A DNA stretch of 63,012 nucleotides, counting the filler, from Perkinsus chesapeaki ATCC PRA-425 (lineage: Eukaryota; Protista; Perkinsozoa): assembly GCA_013115145.1 (NCBI GenBank). It is 3 parts of 3 records of this genome, joined end to end, with 100 filler letters (N's around TTAATTAATTAA, not from the genome) between each part and the next. Parts side by side here need not be neighbours in the genome. Positions count along the whole stretch, not along the records: positions 1 to 29,669 come from JAAPAO010000451.1; 2 more parts are not named here. One strand, given 5' to 3'. A program made the position numbers and the translations under genes. Below are positions 10,901 through 22,600 of this stretch, piece after piece. The notes beneath the pieces were generated by a model. It was not told where the DNA came from. It saw only the letters and a program-made list of their open reading frames with translations, and searched no databases. The stretch's first letter is position 1. Each line of letters begins with the position of its first letter.

Positions 10901-13037
10901 GGATACCAAGCAATGACCACAAACGCGGAAATGACAAGAGAGCTCTGGTGATGATGTGTAAAGATTCGTGGACTGAGTAATATGAGTATCTAGTCCCACC
11001 CAACGCCCCCCCCTGGAAGCCGCAACTCTACAAAAATGATTGATGAGATATGAAACCACAAGGGAGATGAATCACCAGTTAATAATTATCAGCATGCTCT
11101 CCCACCCTACCTGGAGACTATGATTCCCTCCAATTCGCGAGTCGCCGCGTTATTCCTGCCAAGCGCTTTCTCGAGCGACACATACGCAGCCACCAAATCA
11201 TGCACTTCCAGATCTCCAGTAGCAGCCATCGTTCGTACCCTCCGAACGAGCTCTAAGGAATCTTCACAGTGCGAAAAGATACTCTCTGACCTCCAATAAG
11301 CTGCTTAGTAATGCTTCCGTCCTTTTTCCCTTCATCAGCCAGCCCGTCTGCATTCTTTGCGTGGATTGCTGCTAACTTCTGTAGGCAATGTAACGCCACT
11401 TGAATTCCTAGACTTGGCGGAGGCATCGACAGCGGGTCACCCTTCCCCTTTAGGCGACGATCGCGGTATTCCTCCTCTCGCCGAATCACCTGAGACGCTG
11501 CCACCTTGTCGATTTTTATCGACTTGACACTATTTCGATCCCAGTAGAAATGTTATTAATCTCCACTCGCACCAGTAAGATCTCCTATTCCCCTCCGTTA
11601 CACTGAATGAACCCTCCAGCGACCCCTCCTCCTGCTGCTAGGCACACAGGTACCACTCAAGCTCGCTGGAGGCCTTCCAAAAAGCCCTCCGAAAAAAAAA
11701 GTTCCAAAAAATTGCTCCTTCTAGGGTTGTGCGTTGGACCAATAATTATCCCTCAACAGAGCACTATGACATCATTCCATTCAAGCTGTCCCGCCACTAT
11801 TACAGCCAGCAGTCTTTCCTCCACCGCCTTCAATCTAGCATCTGGAATGTGGCGTACTTCTGCTAATGCCTTTAGAACCTGAACGCTAATTCTACAGAGT
11901 GCGGAAAATACCGTATAGATGATATTTCGAGAAACCTGAAATTTACAGACAAATGATATTTGCATCGAATAGATTTTTTTTTCGAAAATTTTACGGAAAT
12001 TCTAAAAAAATTTCAGAAAATTGGTTTCCCCAAAATTCAAGTCGCTGAGCTCATTACCGCTGCCAACGAGTCCGGTTGCAATCGAGCAATGCTCTGGTCC
12101 AGCATGTCACTGATGACTTCCTCCTCGGCAAGAGAGAACAATCGGAGGAACTGCAAAAATGTGAATAAACTACAGCGGAGCGATGCACCATATTACCACT
12201 GCACGGTTATAGACAACGGCCATCTCGTGGGGCTTCATTACAGTGGCTTGCTTGACGAGACTCTCATGAAGATTTTCGTATGCCGGATGGGCCAGAATCT
12301 CCTTGCTGATCCTTCGGACCTGGTGGAGGGAGAGTAAAGAAAAACCGAGACTGTAAAGCAATGCTGTGTCAGGGAAATTCTTCGAAAAAACTAATCTGAA
12401 GGCTGAATCTCTAGGCCTGGTAGAGTCCACCACGCGACGCCGTTGATGCTTACTAATTTTCAGTTGGCAACCGCGGAATTCTGGGGAATTCTGCAGGGAG
12501 AGTTCAGACGGCGATTCTCATCTGAAGTCCCCTGCAGAAACTAATTTTAGCAACAAATAGTTTTTTCCAGTTGGCTCGCTCTGAATTCTCCCTGCCGAAG
12601 TGTCACTTGGCAGCCCCAAAAATCGGTCGGACATTTACTGGATTCTGTATCCGAAATATTGTACTGCAAAGTTTAGGAAATAATAGCTCCAACAAGGCTT
12701 ATATCAACCCCTCTTTTCCTCTCCCTTTACGACCTTCTGTCCGCCTGGGGACGCCGTGGCCAACATTCTGAGAGCGTAGATGGCTTCATCGACCGATAGG
12801 GAGCGAGCGGATGACTCTATGATGCGCATTACACTCATATGTGATTGAGGCTGAAAAGATACAAAATAGCTCAACTTGGAGGCCCCCACCTACCCGTGAC
12901 ATCTCAATGGAAGCCAGCCTCCGTCCTAGCTCTGTATTCGGAGGCATGAGAGAATTGATCCTCTGTGACGCTCTGGCTGGCCGGAATGCCTCTTTCACTG
13001 CCGGACCCACTATTCGGGAGGTGACCGCGGCGGACAT
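7903..13037 (-). CDS. Large multi-exon helical-repeat protein with a probable C-terminal RAP-like domain and a basic N-terminal (mitochondrial-type) presequence
   Basis: A chain of minus-strand ORF fragments bounded by GT-AG. Start MSAAVTSRIVGPAVKEAFRPARASQR. Helical motifs such as MKPHEMAVVYN and IPPSHLLRLISHL. Near the C-terminus ECFAEEGLQLDIWAHSAELLASEV resembles the RAP-domain E..GxxxDI...IAIEV pattern. Several internal junctions are unresolved. Confidence 0.55.
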
Positions 13038-13304
13038 GTATAAAACCGAGGTGAACACCCTCTGGGACACGGAACCACCAAAGTGTTATCTTTTCACCAG
13101 AAAATGCGCTACTGTTTCAACACTAATACAGCCCGTAGAGGTTCGACAGTATGGTGACATTCGGGAAAAATTGCAGCGGCACCGCTAGAACATTCCTGGT
13201 TCCTGGAAGATTCCCCATGGTAGATGAATTAATAAACTTGCTAACAAAAATATGACAAAGCAAATGGAGACAGAAATATTGTGCAACGAAATATTACAGA
13301 AATG

Positions 13305-15155
13305 CTACGAACCAAATAAATGCGATCCGAACTGCTCAGCATTCCGCCTCGTCTCTCTCTTCCGATCGACCACGTCAAGCACCATAATAACAAAGCCTAG
13401 CACGCCCAAGGCTCCAGCTGCCACCGCCACGATCATCGGCAAATATCTCGAGGGGCTTATGGCCAGCTCGACTGACCATTGGTGGGGATCATCTAGTGGA
13501 TGGGGATTGGCCACGACGAAGGTGTTCGGAACCAAAGACACCCATGAGGACTGTTCGCCAGCGTAGCCCAGCGCGAGTCTCGGAATGTAGTTGTTGGTAT
13601 CACCGAGACCTATGTAGGCGTAGGGAAGACCAAGATTCCTGCGGGCTCCCACTGCAGTTGGACTGGCTATTCGGACCGATTCCTCCCCGGAAATCGACAA
13701 GACAGTAACCTTGAATGTTGCCCCCGGAGTCGAGACGCCGTAGCAACCTTTGTCGCAGGCACCATTTCGTGCCAAGGCTTTTAAGTAGTACTGATGGGAC
13801 ACCTCATCTGTGATGCTCTTACCATCAGTGCCGCTCTGTGGGGCCTTCGGAGTGTACACCCGACCGTTGCCGAGCTCATCGATTATCATAATAACCAAGC
13901 CAGTGGCGCCACCACCAGTTTTATCATCTTCTTTACTGTGGTAATCATCGGCTTGAGTTTGCCTGATGTCGATAAGGGCAATGGAGCCCGCCTGGCCGCC
14001 ATCGCTGCAGTCTAGTATGGTCTCTGGTGGAAGGCCTTCATGACTTGGTCGGAGATTCCAAAGCAAGCACGCGCCCGTAGTGGTACCGACCAGGAGGTCC
14101 GGGAGGCCGTTGGCGTCCACGTCCCCCACAATAACCGGCGAATACGCGTCACCGGACTGCATGTTGGATATCTGCCCCAATCGGTACACCACTGGCTCTG
14201 ACGGATCCGTACCATTAAGAACGTATCCTCCAATCCTAAAGTTAGGATCGGACGTGCAGAGCCAGGCATCCGACCGGCAGCCATGTTGGCCGCTTTTCTG
14301 GCAGAGTGGCATCTGGGTGTTCTCGTAAAGATGAATAGTCCCATCGCTCTGGACGAGTAGCGCATCGTTCGTACCGGTCCCGGTGAAATCAGCGAAAGTG
14401 ACATAGTCGGTGGCTTGAGTAAGCGGCACTCGCCTCGGCAACTTGTGGTAGCCGCGATCCTCCGGCTTCCACAACCATACTTCTAACGCCCGAGACCCGT
14501 CCTCAGTGACCACGTCAAGGACGATGTCATTCTGGCAATCGCCATCTACATCGACCCATGCCGAGGAATGATGCTTGGAAAGGGAAGTCATACCGGGCAG
14601 ATAGGCCTCGGTGAATGTACCGTTACCAAACCAAACGTCACCATTTTCTCCAAGAAGTTCAAAAGTTCCGTCACCGTCGATGTCGACAACGATCGGCTCT
14701 CGGATAATTGGCTGGGACGACATCCACTTTAGGTGGAGGTCGAAATTGTCATCCCCTTCCAACGCGAGGATTGTAAATTTCGGAGAGCGACCGCCGTCGG
14801 TCATTATGACGTAAGCATCCATTTTACCATCTAAATTCCAGTCTAACGGCAGCACCGTGTAGACGCTGAGACCGGTGATGTTTTGGGACTCCGCAGCCAA
14901 ATCGAGCGAACGGAAACTTTCGAAAGAGGCGTCAGTTTTGCGTGTCCAAAAATGAATGACCAGCCTTTCGACGAAAACGAGATCAGTCAGTTTATCACCG
15001 TTAATATCCACAAAGGCTGCGAGATCGCCGGGAACGTTCTCCAACTTGAGATCGACCGCACCTTGGCCGTAGAGTGGCCAGTGAGGCTGAGCTGCACTGG
15101 TTAGCAGCAGCAGCAGCAGGAAGGGGAAGAATAATGGAATGAGATAGGGTATCAT
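13305..15155 (-). CDS. ITFG1: FG-GAP repeat type I membrane protein, ITFG1/TIP/LINKIN homologue (intronless, 616 aa)
   Basis: Signal peptide, repeated DxNGDxxxD/DxDGD FG-GAP motifs, PYAYIGLGDTNNYI segment typical of the family, C-terminal TM and short cytosolic tail. Confidence 0.88.
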   Translation of the reverse strand: MIPYLIPLFFPFLLLLLLTSAAQPHWPLYGQGAVDLKLENVPGDLAAFVDINGDKLTDLVFVERLVIHFWTRKTDASFESFRSLDLAAESQNITGLSVYTVLPLDWNLDGKMDAYVIMTDGGRSPKFTILALEGDDNFDLHLKWMSSQPIIREPIVVDIDGDGTFELLGENGDVWFGNGTFTEAYLPGMTSLSKHHSSAWVDVDGDCQNDIVLDVVTEDGSRALEVWLWKPEDRGYHKLPRRVPLTQATDYVTFADFTGTGTNDALLVQSDGTIHLYENTQMPLCQKSGQHGCRSDAWLCTSDPNFRIGGYVLNGTDPSEPVVYRLGQISNMQSGDAYSPVIVGDVDANGLPDLLVGTTTGACLLWNLRPSHEGLPPETILDCSDGGQAGSIALIDIRQTQADDYHSKEDDKTGGGATGLVIMIIDELGNGRVYTPKAPQSGTDGKSITDEVSHQYYLKALARNGACDKGCYGVSTPGATFKVTVLSISGEESVRIASPTAVGARRNLGLPYAYIGLGDTNNYIPRLALGYAGEQSSWVSLVPNTFVVANPHPLDDPHQWSVELAISPSRYLPMIVAVAAGALGVLGFVIMVLDVVDRKRETRRNAEQFGSHLFGS

Positions 15156-15612
15156 GGCATAAGTTTAAACAAAAACTGAAAAAACATTACTACTACTAGT
15201 AATTTATTGGCAATCGTCAAAGCGAACCAGTGTGACTCTCGCCTTCAACGAGCTTTAACGAATTACCACTCGATAGAACTAAAATATTTGCTTCGTTTAT
15301 TGAAAAAGGACAACATTTTTCTTATGACAGTATTTTAATTGAGGTAATTCAAGACAAGCATTTTTAGTGTAATGAGATATGAAAAAATACCTTGAAACCC
15401 AACTACCAGAGATTCAACCCCAGAATTGCAGCACTCAATTCCTCAGCGCTCGATTTCCTGGAAATCGAGCGATGAGCACTTGCCGACTAACTCTCCCTTC
15501 GCCGCGACCCTTTTGCACGAATCATGCAGCTTCGGAGTCAAACGGTCGCCGATCGCTTCAAATCACACATGAAGCTTCATTTTTTAGTTTTATTAAACGT
15601 ATTCTCCACAGC

Positions 15613-16189
15613 ATGCTTTTCGCCGCAGCCCTTCTCATCTTGATGGTGGCCGACGCGGTGGACTTCAGTGGCATCAACCTCGATGGCCCTACTACGCCGG
15701 CACCCTTCAAGATGGTCGGAGATATCTCTCACTCTATGGAGGAGTTTTACGACTCCATAGAGTCAGAGGGGCAGCAGGAGGCATCGTCGGTGATGCCCAC
15801 CGGACAGCAGTAAGACCGCTCTGCCGCTGAGCGTCAATGAATCTTCTTCCTTCAGGTTTGGAACCACGACTGAGCCAACCAGCAGTGGCCAGCCAGGGAT
15901 TGAATCGAGCCCAGAAAACCTCATTCATGGGGCGGGTGCCGACTATCCCGCTGGCCTGCTGGCAGCCATCCTGGCTGTAACTTTATGCCTTCTGGTGGCA
16001 TCGCTGGCTCAGTTTTGGGTAATGTTCAAGCTGCTTTCCAAGGTTTCGGTGGTGCTGGCCAACGTGGGGAAGGGGAAAGAGTAAGTATCACTGCTTACCT
16101 TGGCCACTGAGGCTTGGCGTTTTTCATTCGTCGATATCAGGTTGAAGCAGGGGGTTTTAAGACCGGCAGATGTGGAGCTTGGGTTGTGA
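15613..16189 (+). CDS. Small type I membrane protein (156 aa) with signal peptide and S/T/P-rich ectodomain; unknown function
   Basis: Exons 15613-15809, 15856-16080 and 16141-16189 join in phase: MLFAAALLILMVADA...LLAAILAVTLCLLVASLAQFWVMF...DVELGL*. Confidence 0.75.
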
Positions 16190-16644
16190 ACCCTTATCTA
16201 GCGATCATTGCTAAACAATATGAAAATGATGTTGCCCATATATACTGCGTTTAACGTCGTATAGTTGAAAGTACTCAATCGTAGTCTTTCATTAAGACTA
16301 TCCCCGTGACACACACAGTGATGTTCACTGAACATTGTTCAGGTCGAACCTGATTGAAGAAAACTCGACATTAAGTTAACGGCGTTAACTTAACTCATTA
16401 ACCGACTCATCGAGGACATTAACCGATGATTCATGGAGTTAACGGAGAAGCCGTCCGAGCCAGTCATAATTCCTCAACTATTACCCCCGATACCGTATCG
16501 AATTCGTACGAAGAGCCTCTTCGGCGGAGGAGTTACAAAATCTTGCAAGCTTGCGCAGCCTTGGCAAGTTTCATATATGAACGTTCCTCTTTGCACATTC
16601 CACCGTGAGAATTCTACTGGCTCAAACGATTTAGGAGTTACTCC

Positions 16645-17787
16645 ATGACACTTACGCATCTGCTGGTAGTAAGTACCATATTGATGGATGCTGGCTATAG
16701 TAATACGATAACGCTGCCAGTGCAAAATGGTTACATCACAGCAGAAGTCGATGGACAGAGACTGGGCTTAATGGTGGACTCTGGATCACCTTCAGTTAAG
16801 GTGGTGGATGGCAAGTGGTACAAAAAAGCATTTGGTGATGATGCCTGCGATAAGCCCGGAGCTGCTTGCTACTTCTGTCCATCGACCAGTTCTTGTCTTA
16901 ATGGCCCCAGATATCGGTCAAAATATGTAGACGGCAGTATCTCTACGTTCGCTAACCATAAAGCCCTTCTTACCCTAGGAAGTAGGCATATTACCAATTT
17001 TGATGTGGAAGTTGTCACAAACTTCTCCTCTCCAATTCCGGGGGAAATCCCGCGCGGGATTTTCGGTATTAGTCTGAGCTGCGTACCTGGCAAACCTAGC
17101 ATGATAGAGAAGCTGAAGGCGTGGGGCGCAATAGGTCGACTTAGTTATTATTTAGACACTAGAATTCACCCGAATGTTTATGGTATTTCGGGCCAATTGA
17201 TCTTGGGTGCTCCAGTCTCAAAGCTTGATGCTACGCTAGTAGACATGACACCAACCCTAACCTGTACCAAGTTGTTAAGGGCCGTCCCGGCGGTATGGAT
17301 CGCGGAAACCCGCCTCTTCGGCGCAGACGGAGCCCTGTTATCGCGAACTAAGGACACAGTGAAACAATCTAGCCTAGGGTTTCTAGACACGGGCTCTCAA
17401 AGCATAGTTGTGCAGGGCAAAGAGTTCATGGAGGAGCTAATTCTACATGCTAGGAAAAACCTGACCAATATGGGTTACCCACCGGAAGCGAGGGATAAGC
17501 TGCTCCGTGAAGTGGGGGGTCGATGGTATGTGTCGTCAGAGGTATTGACCAGCTTGCCGACGATAGGCGTTATAGCTACAGTGGCTCACGCTGGGGACGT
17601 ACGGATTAATATCGAACCTAAGATGTATACATTGTGCACCAGTTACCTTTATTGCGTTATTGGTATAAAAGTTCGAGATGGTCGCCTGGCTCATGCATCG
17701 ACACTGGGTGTGCCTTTCTTCAGAGGACACAGCATCTTTGTTGACTATGGTACTAATAAGGTGAGTATAATGGCAAACCAATCATGA
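16645..17787 (+). CDS. Secreted pepsin-like (A1 family) aspartyl protease, intronless
   Basis: Hydrophobic N-terminus, catalytic motifs LMVDSGS and FLDTGS, C-terminal LGVPFFRGHSIFVDYGTNKVSI. Confidence 0.88.
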   Translation: MTLTHLLVVSTILMDAGYSNTITLPVQNGYITAEVDGQRLGLMVDSGSPSVKVVDGKWYKKAFGDDACDKPGAACYFCPSTSSCLNGPRYRSKYVDGSISTFANHKALLTLGSRHITNFDVEVVTNFSSPIPGEIPRGIFGISLSCVPGKPSMIEKLKAWGAIGRLSYYLDTRIHPNVYGISGQLILGAPVSKLDATLVDMTPTLTCTKLLRAVPAVWIAETRLFGADGALLSRTKDTVKQSSLGFLDTGSQSIVVQGKEFMEELILHARKNLTNMGYPPEARDKLLREVGGRWYVSSEVLTSLPTIGVIATVAHAGDVRINIEPKMYTLCTSYLYCVIGIKVRDGRLAHASTLGVPFFRGHSIFVDYGTNKVSIMANQS

Positions 17788-17875
17788 CCATGTTATAGTG
17801 TTGTTTTTAATGATGTCACATCAATTCTGTTATTTTTCCCAATCATCAGTTAATTGTCAGATCTTTGTATTTTCG

Positions 17876-19043
17876 ATGGGCGTTATTGTGTCCGCAGGGA
17901 AGCTCATCACTACTGGCTATGTTATGTTGTTGCATTCTTCCGTGGCCGATAACATCGTCACTTTACCTCTGAAGAAGGGTTTTGTGACTATCGAGGTTGC
18001 CGGGCAGAAAAAAGAGCTTCTGCTAGACTCTGGGTCGTCAATGCTGCTACTGAATGATGGTAACTGGATGAAAAAGACATTCGGTGATGAGGCATGTGAT
18101 TCTCCCCGAGCTGCATGCTACTCCTGAGGGAGGGCCGGCCTCGGATAGACGGATCTACAAAGCGACCTTTGCCGACACCTCGGTTCTATATTACCGGGTA
18201 GTCACTGTACCTGTCTTGATTCTCGGAGGCACACAATTGCACGACATTAAGATCGGTCTCGTTTCGCGATGTGTTGCTCCGAAGACCTCCCCCGCGTTCA
18301 GGCCTAGAGGAATGCTTGGCACCTCTATAACTGAGAAATTTAAGTCTGTGCGACCCTTCATGAAGCAGATGCGGGACTCTGGAAAGATCAGCCACACCTC
18401 GCTCACACTTCAGATCCGTAGGCTTGCTCCTCTTTTGCCCGTTATAAAGGGTATTGTGTCATTTGGGGACCAGGGTTCGCTCGAGCTTACAGCTCACGGG
18501 AGTTACGAGTTACCGATATCTTGCTGTCATCAGTTAGCGAAGTCAAGAGTCACTACGCAGGCATCATTCGCCTCCCTGATGTATGACAGCCAACCAATCT
18601 TTGTAGCAAAGCAGGCTAGTTCGTCGGATTTGAGCAGGTCATATCTAACCTATATTGACAGTGGCTGCTGGCAGATCATCGTTCCCGGTGGGAATGAGAT
18701 TGTTGATAACATACTAGAGGTGGCAGGGCAACAGATGGATAAAGCCGGTATGGCCGTTGCCAGTATGATTTCGAGGGAAGATGGTGAAATCCGCCTAACT
18801 AGGCAGAGTGCAGAGTTCCTGCCAACCCTCAAGCTGGTTCTTGGAGAGCAAGGGGAAGTCCCTGTCTATATAGAACCGGAACACTATCTCTTTTGCTATC
18901 AACCGCACGATTGCTCGATCATGATTCGGGACGAAATGGTGCCTGGCCGTGGAATTCTGGGGATTCCCTTCATGCTGGCCTATGACATTTCGGTTAATTT
19001 TGATACTGAAAAGATAAGCATGAAACAAAAGCTACCAAGTTAA
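17876..19043 (+). pseudogene. Second tandem A1 aspartyl protease with one frameshift near 18121-18125 (pseudogene or sequencing error)
   Basis: Frame 1 carries LLLDSGS and ends CDSPRAACYS*. Another frame continues PEGGPASDRRIYKATFADTS...YIDSGC...LGIPFMLAYDISVNFDTEKISM, collinear with the upstream paralogue. Confidence 0.78.
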
Positions 19044-19603
19044 TTTTGGATATCGATAGGATAATTGTACTTTGATATTATTTATATTTTAGCTCCCATG
19101 TTTTAGTGTTGTTGTTGGCACCATAAAAAATGCTGTAGCGTTGAGTAAGCAACCATCGGGTTCATCGAGGCTTAGACCACCATCGTTTATCCAGTCTAAA
19201 AGGTGATTGGGGGAGTTACTGGTAGGAACACATGGAAGGGGTCGCCAAGCCTAACAGGAATGTGCTCCAATAAGAGATCCGTTGTGCAGATACATATCTG
19301 TATAATACGTTATATATTACTCGATTAAATTCACAATGGAAACTTGGACACATGTAGGCTACATGTGCTACATGATGTAGCACGATCGAAACAAAACTCA
19401 TTCTGTTTAGGAGCATCTGATGATTATATCATCTTGTGGATATTAGGTGACCAGTTTGATGGGGGAAAGTGCCCCAGTGAAAATGAAAAATACCAGTTAC
19501 ACATCTCTCATTCTTGTATTACCGCTGGAGGCTCGTGCCAGGGCCGGAATTGAACGTTCCGCGCTGCTTCAGCTCAGAAGTCTTGGCTCAGTTTTTGTTT
19601 TTT

Positions 19604-22600
19604 ATGGAAGCGTCCTCTGCATCATCAATCAGTGCTGGTGGAGAGTATGATAGAGTCCTGTTAAGGCTGGCATCGACGAATGATGCCAAGTTGCAGCCGG
19701 TAATGAAGGATGTGCGGGAAAAGTACCGGTGAATACGGAATGCCCACATCTTGGGGTCGCCAACAGTATCTTTGGAAGGTGATATATCTATTAGTTATCG
19801 GTGAGCGATCGTCATTCGAGGAAAACTCGCTCACTGACTCTTTGAAAAGAGTTCGCCCTTATGCATTAGTATATAGCTATATAGTCGGATGGTCACGAAG
19901 TGTGGGCTAGGTGAAGAGGTAGGTCAAGTTTTTCTAGTAGTTACCGTTGCCAGGAGGGGGTACAATGTCGTGAATGTATTCCGGCAGGGAGTAGCATCGC
20001 CTTTGGGGCCCAAAGAACCCTGATCAGATTCCCAAAGTTTGATCATCTGATCAGGGCTCCTTTATGTTCTATTGTGTGGATTTTTTCGGGTTGGCCTGGA
20101 GCAGTTTTATTGCTCAGGTCATCGATCGGCTACTCCCGATGGTTTTAAACCAGTTGCAATTGCTGCCGTCAAATGCACCGGCAGCACAGCGAACCAAGAT
20201 ACTTGAGATTGTGAATCATATCCTCTTGCGTCTGCGTGCAAATTCAACGTTGAATGTACCAGTTAAGGAGATCCTCGATCTCTGGTGGAAAGCTGGGGTT
20301 CCTCAAGGCTCGGCATCGTTGGGACAGAAATTGTTCTACAACATGTCGTTGGTGTTTTTGGAGCTGGGTCAATCTCGGATACCTGCGGAAGGTCCCGAGG
20401 CGGAGGCGTTCGCTAAGGACGTCCTATCCGGCTTGGACCGAGTCCCCGCCGATTACCAGCCCTCACTGGCTCTCATGGCGTTCCAACATGTCGGCCGACA
20501 TGGTTCTCGTAAGAACAAGCCCGCTCAAGGGTTCGAACTCGGGTCGGTTGTGTATGAAATGGCGGCAGATTTCCTGTCCATTCCCACTAGAGTCTCAGCG
20601 GGTAACGTGCCGGTGCCGGCGGCATGGCTTACAGGGCAGTCGGCGGAGAGCTGGCGATCGGCTCTCCGAAGGTCGAAGGATGTTACGCGGTCGGTGGAGG
20701 ACTTGGCCAACACCAAGGTTGACGTCGTTGAATTTATCGGTGATTTCGGCCGGCCGAACGAGTCGTATGTTCCGCTTCTGGTGGGGTCGGTGGACGGGTA
20801 TGATAGAGTTTCTAGGATTGCGCAGAGCTATATCAGCCGGATATCTCCGGAGCTTAAGGCTGATGATAGTATCCTAATCGATCGCGTGATCGATTCAAGT
20901 TCTCGGTGCCCGCTGGCTGGCATACCAGCATCTTTCCTGGCGTCATGTGCCCAGACTCTCGCGAGAGGATCTCGGGTCCTGTCGAATGACAAATCTGAGG
21001 TCGAGTCCGTGATGGACATGGTCATCGGTGTGCTGAAGCAAGGGAACTCGGCGAGCACCCAGCTGCAGCGGTCCATGGTAACTCTTTCGACTCGCATTCT
21101 AGAAGCCTCGCCAGAGCAGGCCTATGCGCTGTTGCCTGTGTTGAGCTCTAGAATAGGCTACGGTAGCGAACTCGGCGTCCTCTACCGGCTGGTTTGTGAG
21201 TCCATCGCTCGTAATCGTGGTGATTGGAGCACTGCAGCTCCCTTGGAAGCTCTGGCGAGGCTCCTCCGGCCGAATGGTGGAGGGAACGGACTCACTAGTG
21301 ATAGCGAATGTGCAGTGTCCCTGGCGTATCTTTTATTGCGAAGTCAAGCTCGAGATGAAGCTTTGAGGTTGCTGCGGGAAGCCGTCTATCTTCGGCCCGA
21401 ACCCTCACTGAGGCAGCTGGCGGCGAACTCGCTGCTTAACGGGCTTCTCAATTCCGAGCCTCTCAAGTGGGTGATGGCGGCCATTATTAGGGCAGATCCA
21501 GACGCTGGTGTACGAGACTGCGGGAGACAGCCGGACCCGGCGCTTCTTGGCCCGAGGGCCAGGATGCCTGTCGGAGCTGTTGAGCTGGCCGAGACCGTTA
21601 AAGAGGAGGGAGGGCATCATCGGAGACTGTGCCGAGCTGACTGGTCTTTGGAACAGGGAACTAGTCTGTTGGAATTGCTGACGGCGGCCTGCTCATCCGG
21701 GGTGGTGGAACCCGCAGAGGTTCTATCCGAGGAGATGACATCTTTGATCAATAAAGCAGGTGATGGCGGCAGAATTCACGAAGCTGTCGAAGGCTGTTAC
21801 GTGTGTCGAGAGCTCCCCGACAACGGTGGGATGCTGGACGGGCTGGTGGCACTCGGAGCAACGGGGATATCGGAGCGTGATCGCGAGCATGCTGCGGCGG
21901 CTCTAACGCACCATAAAGATTCTCGAAAGATACGGGCGGATCTCATCGGCAGTTCTGATAGCTCCGCGGTCTGCCTTGGATGCGACATGGTTTCTGGCGA
22001 AGTCGAGCCCGAGTTGGGGGACCGGCTCAAAGAACTCGCGTTAGAGCCGACCACTGCCGCCAGAGACAACGTGGCTGCGCATGCGTGCAGAGCGATCGCC
22101 AGAGCGATTGGAAGTGTTCCGGTAAACTTGGATTTCGTGAAGAGGTTGGAAGATGCGATGACATGTCCTCATCGAGGATCAGCTGTCTTGGAGCTCTTTG
22201 GGGCTGCTGGGGCGCATGACGGTGAAGTGCGAGAGTGGGTGGAACAGAAATGCCGCCAGTTGATTGGCCGGAAGGATTCTGATTTGAAAATGAAGGACGC
22301 TGTTGCGGGCTGTCTGGTGGCGTGCGGCAGTGAGATTCCGGCGGAGCCTTTGACAATCAGGGCTCTCTACATCGTGCACTACTTGAGCGATGCGTCACGC
22401 GCCACGAATTTAGAGACCTTGCTGAGCTGGCTGGATACGCTATTGGCGAGCTGTCTAAAAGAGCCTCCAGAAGATTCCACTGAGCAGGCGGTGCTCGGGG
22501 ATGTGTGCATTAAGACGATGGTTATGGTGTGGGTTAGAGCGAGAAGGTAAGAGATGGTCAAGGGGTAGGGCGGTGGACTGCGTGGGTTCGAACCCTGGTT

